From NCBI GenBank assembly GCA_965204895.1, contig OZ242025.1, forward strand, positions 833,621 through 897,620: DNA of 64,000 bases, written 5' to 3'. The stretch comes from Dehalococcoidia bacterium (lineage in GTDB: Bacteria > Chloroflexota > Dehalococcoidia > Lucifugimonadales > UBA2985). The notes beneath the pieces are model-generated. The model did no database searches. It had not been told where the DNA came from and saw only the letters and a list, made by a program, of their open reading frames with translations. The position numbers were made by a program, and so were the translations under genes. Shown one piece after another: positions 61,565 to 64,000 of the stretch (positions are counted from its first letter, which is position 1; each line of letters starts with the position of its first letter).

Positions 61565-62856
61565 GGTAGTGTAACTTAGAGTGTGTAAATTGATGAGAAG
61601 GGGCGTATCCTGAATCAGGGTTTAGTGCAAGGCCTGAAAGGAGGACACGCCCATGGTGCAGGTCAGGGACCTGACAGAATTGACGATAGCTGATAGGTGG
61701 AGGGAGGTCAAGGGAGAGGAGGAGTGGTGGGGAGACATCAAGGAACAGGCGCTGAGAGGTGTGAAGAGGTTGTTGGAGGGGGCGATGGAGGGAGAACTGA
61801 TAGAGCAGTTGAACGCTGGGAGGTACAGGCGAACAGAGTCTCGGCGGGGTTACCGCAACGGCTACCGGTATCGCAGCCTGCTAACGGAGTTGGGGATGGT
61901 GGAGCGTCTAAGGGTGCCCCGTGACCGGGACGGAGCCTACCGGACGGAGGTGTTGCCTAGATACCAGAGGCGACAGGAGAGGGTGAATAATGCAGTACGG
62001 GCGATGTTCCTGACAGGGGTGAGCACTCGGAAGGTGCAGGAGTTGGTAGGACCCATGCTGGGAGCGTCGGTCAGCGCCCAGACTGTCTCACGAATTGCTC
62101 GCAGCCTGGACGGAGAGGTGCGTCGTTACCAGAGCCGTACTCTGACAGACTCCTACCTCTACTTGCTGCTGGACGGCATCGTCCTCAGGGTGAAGGAGGC
62201 TAACAGGGTGGTCAGGCGCCTGGTATTGTGTGCCTATGGCATTACACCGGCCGGGTTCAGGGAGATGATATCATTCCGCCAGGCGAACTCTGAGAGTGAA
62301 GCTGCATGGGAGGCCTTCCTCAGAGACCTATACGACAGGGGGCTTAATGGCAAGTCTCTCAACATGATCAGCACCGATGGTTGCCCTGGGCTTCATAGCG
62401 CTTTGGGCACAGTATATCCCTATGTCACCAGACAGAGGTGCTGGGCTCACAAGATGCGCAACGTAGCCTCCAAGCTACCCCGTAAGCTTCAGGACACTTG
62501 CCTCACTGAGGCCAAGACCATCTACCAGGCTCACACCCGAAGGGAGGCTGTACTCCGCTTCCGCCGGTGGGCAGCGCGCTGGCGCAGCACTGCACCCAAA
62601 GCTGTAAAGTGCATAGAGGACGACCTAGACGAACTCTTGCCCTTCCTCGACTGTCCTAAGGCCCATTGGAAGAAGATACGGACTACCAACGCTATCGAGA
62701 GAGCTTTCAGGGAAGTACGACGTAGAACAAGGCCTATGAGCTGCTTCCAGAATACTGCCAGTGTAGACAGAATCATCTTCGGCGTAATCAGTCACTTGAA
62801 TAACAATTGGAAAGATAATCCCCTTCCGCATTTTACACACAACTCTTGACACTACC
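61565..62856 (+). mobile_element. IS256-family insertion sequence (1292 bp), intact
   Basis: Terminal imperfect inverted repeats GGTAGTGTaActtAGaGTGTGTAAAtTGatGAGAAGGGG (left) and, reverse-complemented on the right, GGTAGTGTcAagAGttGTGTGTAAAaTGcGGAAGGGG. Single mutator-type transposase ORF and 8-bp TSD. Confidence 0.9.
61653..62849 (+). CDS. IS256-family (mutator-type) transposase
   Basis: RRGYRNGYRYRSLLTELGMVERLRVPRDRDGAYRTEVLPRYQRRQE, YLYLLLDGI, ISTDGCPGL, QRCWAHKMRNV and IRTTNAIERAFREVRRR (DDE region). Confidence 0.95.
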   Translation: MVQVRDLTELTIADRWREVKGEEEWWGDIKEQALRGVKRLLEGAMEGELIEQLNAGRYRRTESRRGYRNGYRYRSLLTELGMVERLRVPRDRDGAYRTEVLPRYQRRQERVNNAVRAMFLTGVSTRKVQELVGPMLGASVSAQTVSRIARSLDGEVRRYQSRTLTDSYLYLLLDGIVLRVKEANRVVRRLVLCAYGITPAGFREMISFRQANSESEAAWEAFLRDLYDRGLNGKSLNMISTDGCPGLHSALGTVYPYVTRQRCWAHKMRNVASKLPRKLQDTCLTEAKTIYQAHTRREAVLRFRRWAARWRSTAPKAVKCIEDDLDELLPFLDCPKAHWKKIRTTNAIERAFREVRRRTRPMSCFQNTASVDRIIFGVISHLNNNWKDNPLPHFTHNS

Positions 62857-62864
62857 CGACTATT
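62857..62864. repeat. 8-bp target-site duplication (cgactatt), right
   Basis: See 61557-61564. Confidence 0.85.
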
Positions 62865-63014
62865 CCGCGAGCCGGGCAGGCGCGTGCTACCCAATCGTCG
62901 CTGAAAAAGCCTGATTCGCGCTTGAGTTTGCGGAATATCGTGGTATACTACGGGGCAGATACTCTCAGGGTGGAGAAGAATAGAGGGAGAGTACTAGGAG
63001 AAAAGGAGGTTGAC

Positions 63015-64000
63015 ATGGACTTTTCACTGCCCTATACGCCGGAACAGGAGGCATTCCGGAAGGAGGTCCGCGCCTGGCTGGATGAGAACACTCCGGAGAA
63101 CATGAAGCTGCCCATAGATCCCAACGACACCACCCAGGAGATGCGGACCTTCTGGGCGGAGAAGCACTTGGAGTTGGGAAGGAAGGGCTGGCTCTATCCG
63201 ACGTACCCCAAGGAGTACGGCGGCGGCGGGCTTACCGCCGACCACGAGACCATTCTTGACGAGGAGTTCGCCAGGGCCAGGGCGCCCCGCTCATACGGCA
63301 ACACCTACTCCTTCGGCAGCATCATGGTCTGGGGCACGGAGGAGCAGAAGCAGAAGTTCCTCGTACCCTTCATGAAGGGCGAGAAGAAGACCCACCAGAG
63401 ACTCACGGAGCCACAGGGCGGCGCAGACCTGGCAAACGTCCAGGGCAGGGCCGTCCGCGACGGCGACGACTGGCTGCTAACCGGCCAGAACGTATTCATC
63501 AGCTGCTGGGGCGACGAGGACTACTACCCCGGCGTGATGATGACCGACCCGGAGGCTCCCCGCCACCGGAACCTGGGCTTCTTCATGGTGCCCAACAACG
63601 TGGAGGGCTTGGAGATCAGGGCAATGGACCTGCTCCCCTCCTCGGGCCGCTCCCCGGGGCCGGGGCAGAAGGCCATCTTCATGGACAACGTGCGGGTGCC
63701 CGCCGACCACATGATCGGCGGCGACCACCAGGGCTGGCAGGTCATGCAGACGCTGCTTGAGGCCGAGCACGGCGGCCGAGGTCGGGCGTTCCCCAGGGAC
63801 GACAACGTGGACAGCTTTGTCAACTACGTGAAGGAGACCGACCACGACGGCGGCAAGCTGGGCTGCGACCCCATTGTCCAGCAGCAGACCATGGACGCCG
63901 TTATCGACGCCCACGTCCAGAACCTGTTCCAGCGGCAGACCTACTGGATGTACCAGAACCGCATGGAGATGAGGGGCGAGAACAACTACACCAACGTCCA
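63015..64000 (+). CDS. Acyl-CoA dehydrogenase family protein (3' end beyond the window)
   Basis: AAGGAGG RBS, then MDFSLPYTPEQEAFRKEVRAWLDEN...GWLYPTYPKEYGGGGL...WGTEEQKQKFLVPFMKGEKKTHQRLTEPQGGADLANV...DGDDWLLTGQNVFIS. There is no stop before position 64000, so it is not in the ORF track. Confidence 0.85.
   Translation, partial: MDFSLPYTPEQEAFRKEVRAWLDENTPENMKLPIDPNDTTQEMRTFWAEKHLELGRKGWLYPTYPKEYGGGGLTADHETILDEEFARARAPRSYGNTYSFGSIMVWGTEEQKQKFLVPFMKGEKKTHQRLTEPQGGADLANVQGRAVRDGDDWLLTGQNVFISCWGDEDYYPGVMMTDPEAPRHRNLGFFMVPNNVEGLEIRAMDLLPSSGRSPGPGQKAIFMDNVRVPADHMIGGDHQGWQVMQTLLEAEHGGRGRAFPRDDNVDSFVNYVKETDHDGGKLGCDPIVQQQTMDAVIDAHVQNLFQRQTYWMYQNRMEMRGENNYTNV

Overview
This 64-kb window is a high-GC bacterial chromosomal segment; hand-counted 60-nt lines in core genes are about 60-67% GC. 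Many exported proteins carry a lipobox or TM anchor followed by a Pro/Thr/Ala-rich linker, which suggests a monoderm, Chloroflexota-like organism (low-confidence inference). Core genes I can support: rsmI (partial), a DUF503 gene, lepA, two Opp/Dpp-type ABC ATPases, an RND pump, trpG-trpD-trpC-trpF-trpB, thrB, a frameshift-split aspartokinase, a GT2 glycosyltransferase, several SAM methyltransferases, a ThyX-like gene, ltaE, an orphan HAMP histidine kinase, queA, a glycine-betaine-type binding protein, rmuC, osmC, a type II haloacid dehalogenase, an ABC-2 exporter pair, a Zn-ADH, an MFS transporter, DUF402 and a partial acyl-CoA dehydrogenase. There are seven tRNAs: Leu-TAG, Lys-CTT, Gln-CTG, Gly-GCC, Leu-CAA, Val-TAC, Arg-GCG. 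Accessory content: (1) a lower-GC island with a beta-class DNA methyltransferase plus a single-HKD (PLD-family) nuclease; (2) hicBA plus a PD-(D/E)XK/DUF4268-like protein downstream of trpB; (3) a small-protein/retropepsin-like protease cassette bracketed by 72-bp direct repeats; (4) a FitA/VapC pair; (5) two orphan HicB-like genes translationally coupled to a membrane-anchored Mrr-type nuclease next to tRNA genes; (6) an NYN-domain gene; (7) a CoiA-like gene; (8) an intact IS256-family element with 8-bp target-site duplications. The most interesting signal is four in-frame UGA codons, each replacing the first Cys of a C-x-x-C redox motif. Two lie in tandem DUF3179 paralogues (U-P-L-C). Two lie in one tandem-domain AhpC/TSA-type redoxin (U-G-F-C and U-T-Y-C). 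Each UGA is followed by a hairpin whose apical G sits exactly 22 nt after the UGA, which is consistent with bacterial SECIS elements and selenocysteine recoding. A family of short REP-like palindromic hairpins populates at least eight intergenic regions. No CRISPR array and no rRNA were seen.
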